64,000 nt of DNA from Candidatus Latescibacterota bacterium (GTDB lineage Bacteria > Latescibacterota > UBA2968 > GCA-2709665), in assembly GCA_965208835.1 (NCBI GenBank), contig OZ242358.1, forward strand, positions 3,712,001-3,776,000, written 5' to 3'. Positions 29,414 to 38,613 of this stretch are shown piece by piece; position 1 is the stretch's first letter; each line of letters starts with the position of its first letter. The translations under genes were made by a program, and so were the position numbers. The notes beneath the pieces are model-generated. The model worked only from the letters and a program-made list of their open reading frames with translations, was not told where the DNA came from and searched no databases.

Positions 29414-31381
29414 TCAATACCCGTGGATCGAGTGCCCGCCGCCCGGAAACCAGATCATATCCACAATCAATGAAACTCCCACGCCCGTGGAATAGCCCAC
29501 GAGCACGCCCAAAAAGAACGGTACGTAACGACGATAGAGCGCCGCCCCGCCGATCCGCAGAATCAGGAATTTGATGGCCCAGGCAAGAAAGACCGAAAAC
29601 ACGGTATAACGCACCGACGTTCCCGTACCGGCCAGCGCAAAACCGACCGGATGGAAGGGCCACCAGGGAAACCGGTACTTCAGGAACGTCAGCAAAGACA
29701 TCACCGCGGCGCCGATGCCAAACAGGCTCAACTGCAAACGGTGGGGTGGTTCCGGGTTGTTCATCTGGGTCAGCACACGTCCAAAACCGGATTTGCTATA
29801 CCTCGTGAACGGCCAATCGTTGAAATTATAGGCCCCGTACGTATATCCCAGATACAACGTAAACACAACCGAGAATATACACCCCAGACCGAAGGCCAGC
29901 AGTAGAGCGGCCAGCACACGCCGCCGCCCGTCGCGGGGGCACGTGTCCGACAGTTTGGCCCCGTGAATGACCGACGGCATGAACAGGCCCTTGCCGTAGG
30001 ACGCGATGCCGTTCGTGAATCCGAGCGTCGTCAGACTGGCCCCTGACAGATTCCGCGATCCGAACAGGGACGTGACAAACCGCTGCGGCCCCACGGGCAT
30101 GCTGATGAAGACCAGACCCACGTCGGATACGATGCGCGAAACGCCCAGATAGAGGATGAACGCGGCCAGAACAAACACACACGCCAGGACAAGACTCATT
30201 CCGGCCTGCCACCACCAGAAAACGGCGAATAAAACGCACACGATCAGCCCGAATACCGCCGTCCGGAACGACATCATCTCATCTCTGTCATCCAGGGGCG
30301 CGTCCCTTCCGAGCGCCTTCATGAAGACCAGTCTCAAGTGGTTCCGCGACGTCCAGAAACCCCATCCCACCATCGCAAAAAAGGCACCCAGGGGCACCCA
30401 CTGAAAGTCGGCGGAGGCGTGGGACCACGAACTGGCGTTAATTCCCAGCCGGTTCAGAATCCCGCTGCGAATGATGAACAACAGATCAAAAAACCAGAGA
30501 CTGAACAACACGTCTATGTTTGCAAAATAGCAAAAGGAAATCGTGAACATATTGATCCGCGTCCACAGGCCAGGGAAATAACGTTCGAACTTGATCCAGG
30601 GACCCCATCGGATATTCGGAATCTGTGGAAATCCGGGAATGAAATAGTGGATCATGTTCCAGGCCAGAATACCGAACGCGACTGCAAATCCGATCCAGAA
30701 GAGCCGCGGAAAATCCGATGTCTCCGCCCGCTCGGTAAGTTCGGTAACGGGGCGCAATATAGGGAATGAAATGCGTTCGCTTTCCATCCACTGCTTTCGC
30801 AGAATTACCGCGAGGCAGACCGAACCGAAAAACAGGGCGGTAATCAGCCCCATCCAGCAAACCACCGGCACCAACCAGACGTCCCACGGAATGGTGTCAC
30901 CGGGCGGCAATCCTTCGAACAGGTGATTCAATGTGCCGCCCGTGTTTCTGGGGGCCAGCCAGTGCGGGATATTTGGATGGAAGTACTCTCCCCACTGATT
31001 CTCCGGCGTCGCGAAATAGAACGGCGCCGCGATCGCACCCAGGAAATAACCCGTCAGCCCCACGGACGGTATGGCCCCGCCCACAAGACCGCCCGCCAGC
31101 ACGACCAGCAGTTCCGTTGACGACAACGCATATCGACTCGCGAGCAACCGGCACAGCGGATTCAGTCCCAGCGCCAACAGGAGGTAGAGCAGCAGAGTGC
31201 CCATCGGAAAGTGACTCAACGTCATCCGCGACGCGTGGACGACGTATTCAACGTAGTTCACAACGACGTTCACCCCAACCGCCAGCGCTCCTGCCAGGAA
31301 AACGCTGCGCAGCGTCACCGCCTGCGTCTCGATGCCACCCTCGATGTCGGCCGATACCGCAACCGTTGAACCCTCTGCCAT
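29414..31381 (-). CDS. DUF6785/DUF6784-type (OPT-superfamily-like) multi-pass membrane transporter
   Basis: Many TM segments; RKQW...E.I.FP, E.MS.R.A, WPFHPVGF, YRR..PFF.G motifs. Confidence 0.75.
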   Translation of the reverse strand: MAEGSTVAVSADIEGGIETQAVTLRSVFLAGALAVGVNVVVNYVEYVVHASRMTLSHFPMGTLLLYLLLALGLNPLCRLLASRYALSSTELLVVLAGGLVGGAIPSVGLTGYFLGAIAAPFYFATPENQWGEYFHPNIPHWLAPRNTGGTLNHLFEGLPPGDTIPWDVWLVPVVCWMGLITALFFGSVCLAVILRKQWMESERISFPILRPVTELTERAETSDFPRLFWIGFAVAFGILAWNMIHYFIPGFPQIPNIRWGPWIKFERYFPGLWTRINMFTISFCYFANIDVLFSLWFFDLLFIIRSGILNRLGINASSWSHASADFQWVPLGAFFAMVGWGFWTSRNHLRLVFMKALGRDAPLDDRDEMMSFRTAVFGLIVCVLFAVFWWWQAGMSLVLACVFVLAAFILYLGVSRIVSDVGLVFISMPVGPQRFVTSLFGSRNLSGASLTTLGFTNGIASYGKGLFMPSVIHGAKLSDTCPRDGRRRVLAALLLAFGLGCIFSVVFTLYLGYTYGAYNFNDWPFTRYSKSGFGRVLTQMNNPEPPHRLQLSLFGIGAAVMSLLTFLKYRFPWWPFHPVGFALAGTGTSVRYTVFSVFLAWAIKFLILRIGGAALYRRYVPFFLGVLVGYSTGVGVSLIVDMIWFPGGGHSIHGY

Positions 31382-31548
31382 ATTGCCTTTCCTTACATCC
31401 TGTGAATCCCACAAACAGCCGCCAGTACTCACCTGCATACCGCAATATACAAAACGAAAGCATTAAACACAAAAGCACGGGCCCCAACTATCAAGCCCGG
31501 CATTGCCGTCCAATAGCGCATCATCTCCACTTTCCGACTACAACCCGA

Positions 31549-33162
31549 CTAAACGCCTGCCGCCCACGTGTTTCCACCCGCCCGCACCCTTCCCGCACGC
31601 CTGAGGTATTCCGCGCAGTGCGCACCGCCCGCGATGCCCCCGACCACCTCCAGTTCGTGCCCCATCTCGAGCAATCCATCCCGGATGGCCTTTTCAAGCG
31701 TTCTCGTAACCATCACGGGCTCCTCCATCTGGACGTGCATCCGCGGACCGGACACGGCCTCGTAAGCAGACGCACCGAAATCCACGATTTTCTGCGCGAT
31801 TCGGGCGTTCACGCTCACGAGCCGCCTTCCCCCCGGCAGCCCCGCCGCAACGTCCCGGTCCGGCAGGCGAATCATCAGCGGCGCCGTATTGTTCAGGGGC
31901 CGTTTCAGGGGCGCCACCGAATTTCTGCGGCCGGGCCGCGGATCCAGGCGGCACATTCCGTGCCCCAGGATCAGACCGGTGCCGGGCACGGTAACCAGAG
32001 ACCCGAATGCGCCGCCCTGCGAGATCGTCACGGACGCCACGTTGCCTTCCGCGTCCGCGGCGGAAACATGGAGCGTCCCGGTCGTCGAATCTCCCTCGGG
32101 CCACGGGGACCGACGATCCACAAATTCCGGAAACTGTCGCATCGACTCCACTCGTCCTGCCGCGTAGTCTTTACTTAGAAACCGCTGGACCGGAACGTCC
32201 ACGTGATCCGGATCGCCCAGGTACAACAGCCGGTCGCGCCACGCCAGTTTCAGCACTTCGGACAACCGGTGCCAGTACGTTAACGTATCCTCGGGCACGG
32301 GCTCGAAGCACTCCAGCATGTTGAGGATCTGCAGAGCAGTCAACCCGCCGTTCGGCAAAACCGCGGCATAGACGGTCGCGTCGCGGTACGTCGTCTCGTA
32401 CGGCGCGGAGACACGCGGCTCAAATCCCGCCATATCCTCCCTCGTCAGCGCACCGCCGGAACTGTTGACGTGGTCCGCGATCCTCCGGCCGATTTCTCCA
32501 TCGTAAAAGTCGCGCCACCCCGCCTCGCACGCACGCGTCAGGGATTTCTCCATATCCCGCCGGTGCCAGGTGTCGTCCGACGTGGGCAATCGCCCTTGCG
32601 GCATCAGGTGCTTCTTTGTTGCAGGAAACCGCCGAATCACCGGCTCCAGGTTCCGAATCGCCGCCGCCGTGGAACCGAACGGGAATCCGTTCTCCAGCAG
32701 TGTCAGGGACGGAGCCACGATATCGGACCACTTCAAGCGGCCCCATCGCTCCCACAAGACCCCCATCCCCGCCATCATTCCGGGCGGCCCCACGGCGCGG
32801 GGTCCGTGGACATTTGCGTTATCCCTCACGGAGCAGAGATACTCGTTCTCGTTGATCCCCTTCGGACCTTCCCCCAACGGCATCACGTCGTACATCGTCT
32901 CACTGGCCGACGCGGGTGCAATGGAGTTGGCATCCAGAGACCATACTCTCCCGGTCCGACCGTCGAGCACCAGCGCGCAAAGCACGTAACCCATCACCCC
33001 CGTGGACTGCGGCTGCAGCATACAGCAGGCCATGCTGGCTGCGGCGGCCGCGTCCATCGCATTCCCGCCCCGGTCCAGCACACGAGCGCCAACGCGAGCC
33101 GCCTCCTCCGGCCCGGCGGCAACGGCGCCCCGGCACGTGAGGACCTCTTTCCCCTCAATCAT
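31549..33162 (-). CDS. ggt: Gamma-glutamyltransferase family (Ntn hydrolase)
   Basis: GGNA.DAA, FY.GEI, GDPD, T.H.S..D..GN..S.T, G.PGG. Confidence 0.85.
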   Translation of the reverse strand: MIEGKEVLTCRGAVAAGPEEAARVGARVLDRGGNAMDAAAAASMACCMLQPQSTGVMGYVLCALVLDGRTGRVWSLDANSIAPASASETMYDVMPLGEGPKGINENEYLCSVRDNANVHGPRAVGPPGMMAGMGVLWERWGRLKWSDIVAPSLTLLENGFPFGSTAAAIRNLEPVIRRFPATKKHLMPQGRLPTSDDTWHRRDMEKSLTRACEAGWRDFYDGEIGRRIADHVNSSGGALTREDMAGFEPRVSAPYETTYRDATVYAAVLPNGGLTALQILNMLECFEPVPEDTLTYWHRLSEVLKLAWRDRLLYLGDPDHVDVPVQRFLSKDYAAGRVESMRQFPEFVDRRSPWPEGDSTTGTLHVSAADAEGNVASVTISQGGAFGSLVTVPGTGLILGHGMCRLDPRPGRRNSVAPLKRPLNNTAPLMIRLPDRDVAAGLPGGRRLVSVNARIAQKIVDFGASAYEAVSGPRMHVQMEEPVMVTRTLEKAIRDGLLEMGHELEVVGGIAGGAHCAEYLRRAGRVRAGGNTWAAGV

Positions 33163-33215
33163 TGGATGTCTCCCCTAATGGGCGATCACAAGGGTCGCCC
33201 CTAAGCAGCGGCTTT

Positions 33216-34433
33216 CTACACATCCGCGGCGACCTTATTGATTGCGGCCGCGATATCACGGATGTCGGATTCTTCCATATGCTCATGGATTCCCCGGACG
33301 GCGACGGTTCGCAAACCTGCGACGGCCTGGGGGGTTGTGTCGGGTCCATAATGGTACTCGCGGTCCGTGACCCCGCAGCTGAATGGACATCCGCTGTTCC
33401 CGTACGTGATCTTTTCGGTCAGGTATTTACCACGCATGAATATCGGATCTCCGATATAGTGGGCGCCTACCGCGACACCCTCCGCGGACACCGCCCTGCA
33501 GAACCGGTCCGGATCGTGGCCGGTCACGTGAAATATGTAATTCCACCACGACACCTCCCGGTCCGCGTCCTCGGGCACGGGCTCGATTCCCGGCGCACCC
33601 GAAATCAGCTCACATAACAGCCCCCCGAGTTGGATCCGACGCTCGACGACGGCCCGCACCTTTTCCAGCTGCGCCAGGCCCACGGCACCCTGCATCTCCG
33701 TCATGCGATACGTGGGCGCAAGGAAACCGTGGTCCCGTTCGCCCATGTACTGATAGTCCCAGCCTTTATCGGAAAACAGTTTCAGCCTGACATACGTCTC
33801 CTCGCAATTGGTAATGGTCATCCCGCCGTCGCCGGTCGTCATATGTTTGGACTGTTGCAGGCTGAAACATCCCATGTGTCCGAAGGTGCCAACGTACCGT
33901 CCCTTGAATCGGGTGGCATGGGCCTGGCTGCAATCCTCGATCAGAATCAGGTCGTGGCGATCAGCAATATCCGCCACCGCGTCCACGTCGCACGGCCTCC
34001 CGAAGAGATGGACCAGAATGATGGCACGCGTCCGGTCCGTAATGACGGCTTCGATAGAGGCGGGCGTCATGTTCAATGTCCTGGGATCCACGTCTGCGAA
34101 GACCGGCACCGCGTTCTGCTGCAGAATCGGCATCACGCTGCCCGGATCCGTAACGGGTGCGGTGATGATCTCGTCGCCGGGCTCCGGGTTTACGGCCCCC
34201 ACGGCGAGGTGAATGGCCGCCGATCCGCCAGTGGAACTCTGGGCGTACCTGACGCCGTAGAAACTGGAAAACGACGTTTCGAATTCCTTTACGTAACGGC
34301 CGCTTTTGCCGAACAGATTCTGGCTTCGCAACGCATCCAACAACAATTCCTCCTCCCGCTGCCCGAACGGCGCCCGGGCAGGAAACGGTCTGGTCCGTAC
34401 CTTTCTCCCTCCATCTATCGCCAGTTTTGCCAT
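33216..34433 (-). CDS. DegT/DnrJ/EryC1/StrS family aminotransferase
   Basis: LAIDGG, VHLFG.P, EDCSQAH, FSLQQSKHMTTGDGG; GGAGG RBS before MAKLA. Confidence 0.9.
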   Translation of the reverse strand: MAKLAIDGGRKVRTRPFPARAPFGQREEELLLDALRSQNLFGKSGRYVKEFETSFSSFYGVRYAQSSTGGSAAIHLAVGAVNPEPGDEIITAPVTDPGSVMPILQQNAVPVFADVDPRTLNMTPASIEAVITDRTRAIILVHLFGRPCDVDAVADIADRHDLILIEDCSQAHATRFKGRYVGTFGHMGCFSLQQSKHMTTGDGGMTITNCEETYVRLKLFSDKGWDYQYMGERDHGFLAPTYRMTEMQGAVGLAQLEKVRAVVERRIQLGGLLCELISGAPGIEPVPEDADREVSWWNYIFHVTGHDPDRFCRAVSAEGVAVGAHYIGDPIFMRGKYLTEKITYGNSGCPFSCGVTDREYHYGPDTTPQAVAGLRTVAVRGIHEHMEESDIRDIAAAINKVAADV

Positions 34434-34581
34434 TTTGCCTCCATCAAAAGAAGAATCCAGAAGCCGGCAATCAGAATCCGGAAGGGAAGGCTGATTCTCT
34501 TCCATATCCTGACTTTCGACTCCTGGATTTCTCAATGACGCGCCGCCCGGTCCGCCACCGTTCCGACCCGACTCCACTCAC

Positions 34582-36987
34582 TTACCGCTCCAACCTGAAC
34601 AGGACCTCCTTCTCGGCTGCCGCATTGCCGTTCTGATCCTCAACGCGGACCGTCAGCCGGTTCACGCCGGACTTGGCATTCCCCAGGTCCATCTCGAAAT
34701 ACTCCTGCAAATCCGTTTCCTCACGGATCTGTTCCGTAGATACCGAAACCTCCGGATTTCGTTCGCCCCTGCGGAAAAGGCCGCCAACCCCCGCCCAGAG
34801 CCGTCCGAACGTGCCGCCCTTCTCCGGCATTGAATGGATCGTATAGTGCAATGTAAACCGGCTTTGGCCGAATGTATCCGGTTTCAGCCCATAGGCTTCG
34901 TAATAGACAAACGGGTGCTGGTTCATTCGATAGGTCTTGGTGGTCATCGGAATCACCCAGATGCCGCCACCCTTGTCATATTTCTCCAGGCCGCCCTCCG
35001 TGGACACCTGAAATCCCAGTTCCAAACCGCTCAGCTTCAACGTATCCTGCGAATAATCCTCAACCTCGAGCCGTTCCTTGTAAATGCCTGAATGACCGGA
35101 AACCAGATCCTTGACCTGTACGCGCATTTCGTAGGCGCCCGGGCTCACGTCAATCGCGAGTTGATTCGGAATAAAGGTCCCCTTCCCCGTATAAAGTTCC
35201 TTCGAGGTGCGCAGCACCAACTCTTCGCTATCCTGCAGCGTGTGTCCCGATTCCGCATCGTACAGCGCAACCGCGCAACCCAACTGAAACACGTGCTGGT
35301 CTCCCGTTTCTGACTCGCTCAAACTGCGCGGCGGGATTCCATAATAAACCTCCACGCGCGTCTTGCCATTGGATCCTCTAAACGTCGCACGATCGTAATA
35401 GAAGTCCAGAAATGCCTCGCGTCCGCCCGGCAGATAGTGTTCGGGCATCTGCCGTATGCTCCGGTTCATCACCATTGCGGGCGAGAACTTCACCATCCGG
35501 CTGGTCCGCCGCAACGCGCCTTCGTCGAATGCCGCAGCGGGCACGGGCGCAAAGTCGAACTTCCCGCCGCCCATCTCGTTGGTAAACACCACCTCGATTC
35601 CCCCGGCAACACCTGTGTAGACCCAGGACTCCCACTTTATAAAAGACATGAAGTCCCCACCCGTCACCTGCATGCGGTTCGGGGACAGGGTCACCTCGTA
35701 ATTGTCTCCATCCAGCTCGGACATGTCAGCGGGCGCCATCGGCTCATCGACCAGAGCGGGCGCACCCTCTACCTCCAGCGCGTCGGGAGTCTCGCCCTGA
35801 TCGGTACCCGGTGGCAGTTCAGCGGGGAAATCCAGACCCACCTCGTGCATCCTGCGAACCGGGAAGACCGGCCCACGTCCTACATCCATCATGCTGTGCG
35901 GTCCGTAGATATCGTATGCGACACGCTCCTTGATCCGCTCTACTGAAACCGGCATGGGCGGCGCCACCGCGGCGGACGTCGACCGGTAATCCGGCGCGCC
36001 GTACCGGATATAGACCTCTCCCCGCCGGTCCCACGGATTCGCCTGTTCGGAAAAAGCGGCCCGCGAATACCAAACGCGGCGATAGTGCTCCAGCTTGCGC
36101 TCATTCACGGCAGACATCAGATCCGGGTCTCTCACCGACCAGAACCTAACCAGAAACTCCCGCCGCGCCGCCGGATCCTCCTCAGTCGCCCGATAGGCAA
36201 TAAGCTCTTCCCTGGATGCGATCTGACTCACATCCTGGTACAACAGGCGTTCCTCGGGCGGCATTCGGGAAAACCCCCTGCCGTAATATTGCATCGCAAG
36301 GTCCAGCGCTTCCCGGCTTGCGCAGGCCTGAGCAACAACGGGCAACAGCAGCCCTTCGTCCGTCGTTACTTCCAACGAATCCAGCGCTTGAGAGGGTAAG
36401 TCTTCAAAGACGCCCGTCCGGATATAGGCCGTGACCACGGCCTGGAGCACGGTCGGATCCCGCGTCCGGTCTACCGACAGAGAGCGCACGTAGGCATCGA
36501 GTGAATTTTCGTAGTCCTCGATGTCGGAGTACAACCGTCCCATAAGCCGATGGACCAGTTCGAATCCGGGCGAAAGCGCGGCTGCCCGTGTGGCATGGTA
36601 GATTGTCTGTTCGGAATACCTCCCTTTTTCTCCCTCCGCGGTCCCCGACCTGTAGGAGGCCAGCGCCATCCCGAAGTGGGCGGGCGCAAACCTGTCGTTT
36701 TGCGATAGCGCCGATTGAAACGCCTCTCTCGCGCCCGCCAGGTCCGCCTTTAGAAGCCGCGCGTATCCGATCCGGGTATCCATGCCGGCCGCATCCGAGA
36801 TTATTCGAGGCCAGTACGCGCGCAACGCTCGTTGAACCTCCACGTCGGGTCCGGCGGCGGCGGTCGTATCGGCGGCCGTCTGCAGTGCCGTTTCTGCGGC
36901 GGCGCCGGTCGGACTTCCCGAAAGCAGAAACGTCAATCCCGCAAGCAAGGGCACCAGTGTCCGCAGTCGATTCCGGTACATCGTCAT
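34582..36987 (-). CDS. GWxTD-like domain protein with TPRs, second paralogue
   Basis: FWSVRDPD....VNER.LEHYRRVWY and PWDRRGEVYIRYGAPD; C-terminal beta-sandwich similar to 24278-28027. Confidence 0.78.
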   Translation of the reverse strand: MTMYRNRLRTLVPLLAGLTFLLSGSPTGAAAETALQTAADTTAAAGPDVEVQRALRAYWPRIISDAAGMDTRIGYARLLKADLAGAREAFQSALSQNDRFAPAHFGMALASYRSGTAEGEKGRYSEQTIYHATRAAALSPGFELVHRLMGRLYSDIEDYENSLDAYVRSLSVDRTRDPTVLQAVVTAYIRTGVFEDLPSQALDSLEVTTDEGLLLPVVAQACASREALDLAMQYYGRGFSRMPPEERLLYQDVSQIASREELIAYRATEEDPAARREFLVRFWSVRDPDLMSAVNERKLEHYRRVWYSRAAFSEQANPWDRRGEVYIRYGAPDYRSTSAAVAPPMPVSVERIKERVAYDIYGPHSMMDVGRGPVFPVRRMHEVGLDFPAELPPGTDQGETPDALEVEGAPALVDEPMAPADMSELDGDNYEVTLSPNRMQVTGGDFMSFIKWESWVYTGVAGGIEVVFTNEMGGGKFDFAPVPAAAFDEGALRRTSRMVKFSPAMVMNRSIRQMPEHYLPGGREAFLDFYYDRATFRGSNGKTRVEVYYGIPPRSLSESETGDQHVFQLGCAVALYDAESGHTLQDSEELVLRTSKELYTGKGTFIPNQLAIDVSPGAYEMRVQVKDLVSGHSGIYKERLEVEDYSQDTLKLSGLELGFQVSTEGGLEKYDKGGGIWVIPMTTKTYRMNQHPFVYYEAYGLKPDTFGQSRFTLHYTIHSMPEKGGTFGRLWAGVGGLFRRGERNPEVSVSTEQIREETDLQEYFEMDLGNAKSGVNRLTVRVEDQNGNAAAEKEVLFRLER

Positions 36988-37195
36988 CGTCCTCGTTTCG
37001 GGTTGGCGACGATACGTCAGACCGCGCGCCTGAAGTTTGAAGTGCGGCGGTCGAATCTATCCTGCTGCTACGTATATTACTTGGATGTCCATATTAGCAA
37101 TTGGTTGCAGAAAATCACAAAGGCGGGGAGACGGGAGACGCAAGAGGTAAGAGATGACTCGCCTCGCCAGGTTGCAATTCATGCCGGAGGCCTAA

Positions 37196-37355
37196 CAGCC
37201 CGTTGAAAAAGTCCATCCGGGCTGCGGCCGGCCCTTGCGGTCGAAATACTGCGTTGCGCTCCCTCGCCGAATCACAGGATGGGACTCGGTCGCGCGCCTT
37301 GTCTTCGACCACAATGGCTCGGCCTCGCCTGCAGAGCGACTTTATCAACGGACTG
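37196..37355. mobile_element. MITE-like repeat family A, copy 2
   Basis: 160 bp CAGCCCGTTGAAAAAG...CTTTATCAACGGACTG, flanked TA-A and C-TA. Confidence 0.85.
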
Positions 37356-37382
37356 CTAAAGGAGGAACATATCGGCAAAGAC

Positions 37383-37475
37383 CTCTTCTCACGTCTACCC
37401 TCTCCCGTCTACCCGCTTTTGGGCTTTTCCTTCTTCCTTTCTACTTCTTCCTTTTGCCTTTCTCCTGCTTCTTAC
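37383..37475. repeat. Degenerate pyrimidine heptamer tract, with a complementary purine tract at ~37125-37155
   Basis: CTCTTCT CACGTCT ACCCTCT CCCGTCT and TTTTCCT TCTTCCT TTCTACT TCTTCCT TTTGCCT. Confidence 0.6.
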
Positions 37476-37480
37476 AATAA

Positions 37481-37516
37481 GAAAGGAGGACGATCCGACG
37501 GACCGCCCCCCCCTCT
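37481..37516 (-). terminator. Terminator-like hairpin after the PorV-like gene
   Basis: Minus strand AGAGGGGGGGCGGTCCGTCGGATCGTCCTCCTTTC followed by TTATT. Confidence 0.45.
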
Positions 37517-37538
37517 ATGTTTACCGCGCACCGTGCCC

Positions 37539-38582
37539 CTAGAACGTCCCGCCCACGGACAAACGCAACGGTGGATCGAAGATGCCCAGATCCGCGTTGT
37601 GGTAGGAAAGGTCCACGGTGATCAGCTGACCGCCCGGCAGTTCGTGCTTCAGACCGGCGCCGACGCTCCAGCTTTCAAGAGCCGTATGCGTACGGTAACC
37701 CGCACGAAGCGCCAGCGTGTTCTCCAGCCAGAGTTCCCCGCCCATGCGGGTAATCGGCCGGAAGTCCGTCACGAACTCGTGCTCCAGTGAGAGCGTAAAG
37801 TATCCGGGATCGCCCTTCTGCCCGAATATCTCCATCGCGCCGCCAAGGGAGTACGTGGTGGGCATTACCGCCGTGAAACCGCCCTCGGTCGCCTTGACGT
37901 TCGGACCCAGGTTCCGGAAACTCATGGCGATCCTGCTGCTACGGTACCCGGTGTAAAAGTGGGTGCCGATACTGTAGTCCAGGGTAGAGACCTTCTCAAG
38001 GTGCAGATCTTCCTGGATCCAGCGAATCTGACCGCCCAGCATGAATTTGTCGGTCATCTTCTTGGCGAAAATGGCGCCGAGGGCAATATCGCTGCCCCTG
38101 AACATGGTACCCGTGCCCCAGGGGGCCGTCGGCGTCGTGACTTCCATCTCCTCCGTCTGAAAGCTGTTAACCGTAAACCCGATGGTCCCGAACCCTGCGT
38201 TGAACGCCAGAGCCCCCGAGACCAGCGAAGAGTTGGACAGCCAGCGGGTGTAATTCAGCGTATAGCCGACGTTCTCGATGTGCCCGATACCCGCGGCATT
38301 CCAGAACGCGGCGGTGATATCGTCGGCGATGGCGGTGTAGGCCCCGCCCATCGCCTCGGCGCGGGCGCCCTGGCCGATTTTCAGGAACGGGAACTCGGAA
38401 AGTCCCACGCGCTCGACCCAGAGGCCCCAAGCCTTGTCAACGTTTTCCATCTTCGGATCGATCAACGCCCCGTCGCGCGACCCGGTGCCGGGCGCCGGCT
38501 GCTCTACCGCCATCGCCGGCGTCGCGGACAGGAGAGCGACGGTCACGAGGGCCAATCCCAAGATGAGCCATCCTTTTTTCAT
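37539..38582 (-). CDS. PorV/PorQ (UPF0164) family outer-membrane beta-barrel
   Basis: FLKIGQGARAEAMGGAY.AIADD..A.FWN.AG N-terminal signature; C-terminal Phe; signal peptide. Confidence 0.85.
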   Translation of the reverse strand: MKKGWLILGLALVTVALLSATPAMAVEQPAPGTGSRDGALIDPKMENVDKAWGLWVERVGLSEFPFLKIGQGARAEAMGGAYTAIADDITAAFWNAAGIGHIENVGYTLNYTRWLSNSSLVSGALAFNAGFGTIGFTVNSFQTEEMEVTTPTAPWGTGTMFRGSDIALGAIFAKKMTDKFMLGGQIRWIQEDLHLEKVSTLDYSIGTHFYTGYRSSRIAMSFRNLGPNVKATEGGFTAVMPTTYSLGGAMEIFGQKGDPGYFTLSLEHEFVTDFRPITRMGGELWLENTLALRAGYRTHTALESWSVGAGLKHELPGGQLITVDLSYHNADLGIFDPPLRLSVGGTF

Positions 38583-38613
38583 AGCAATTCTCCTTAAGAC
38601 GTCGCGAGGTTCG

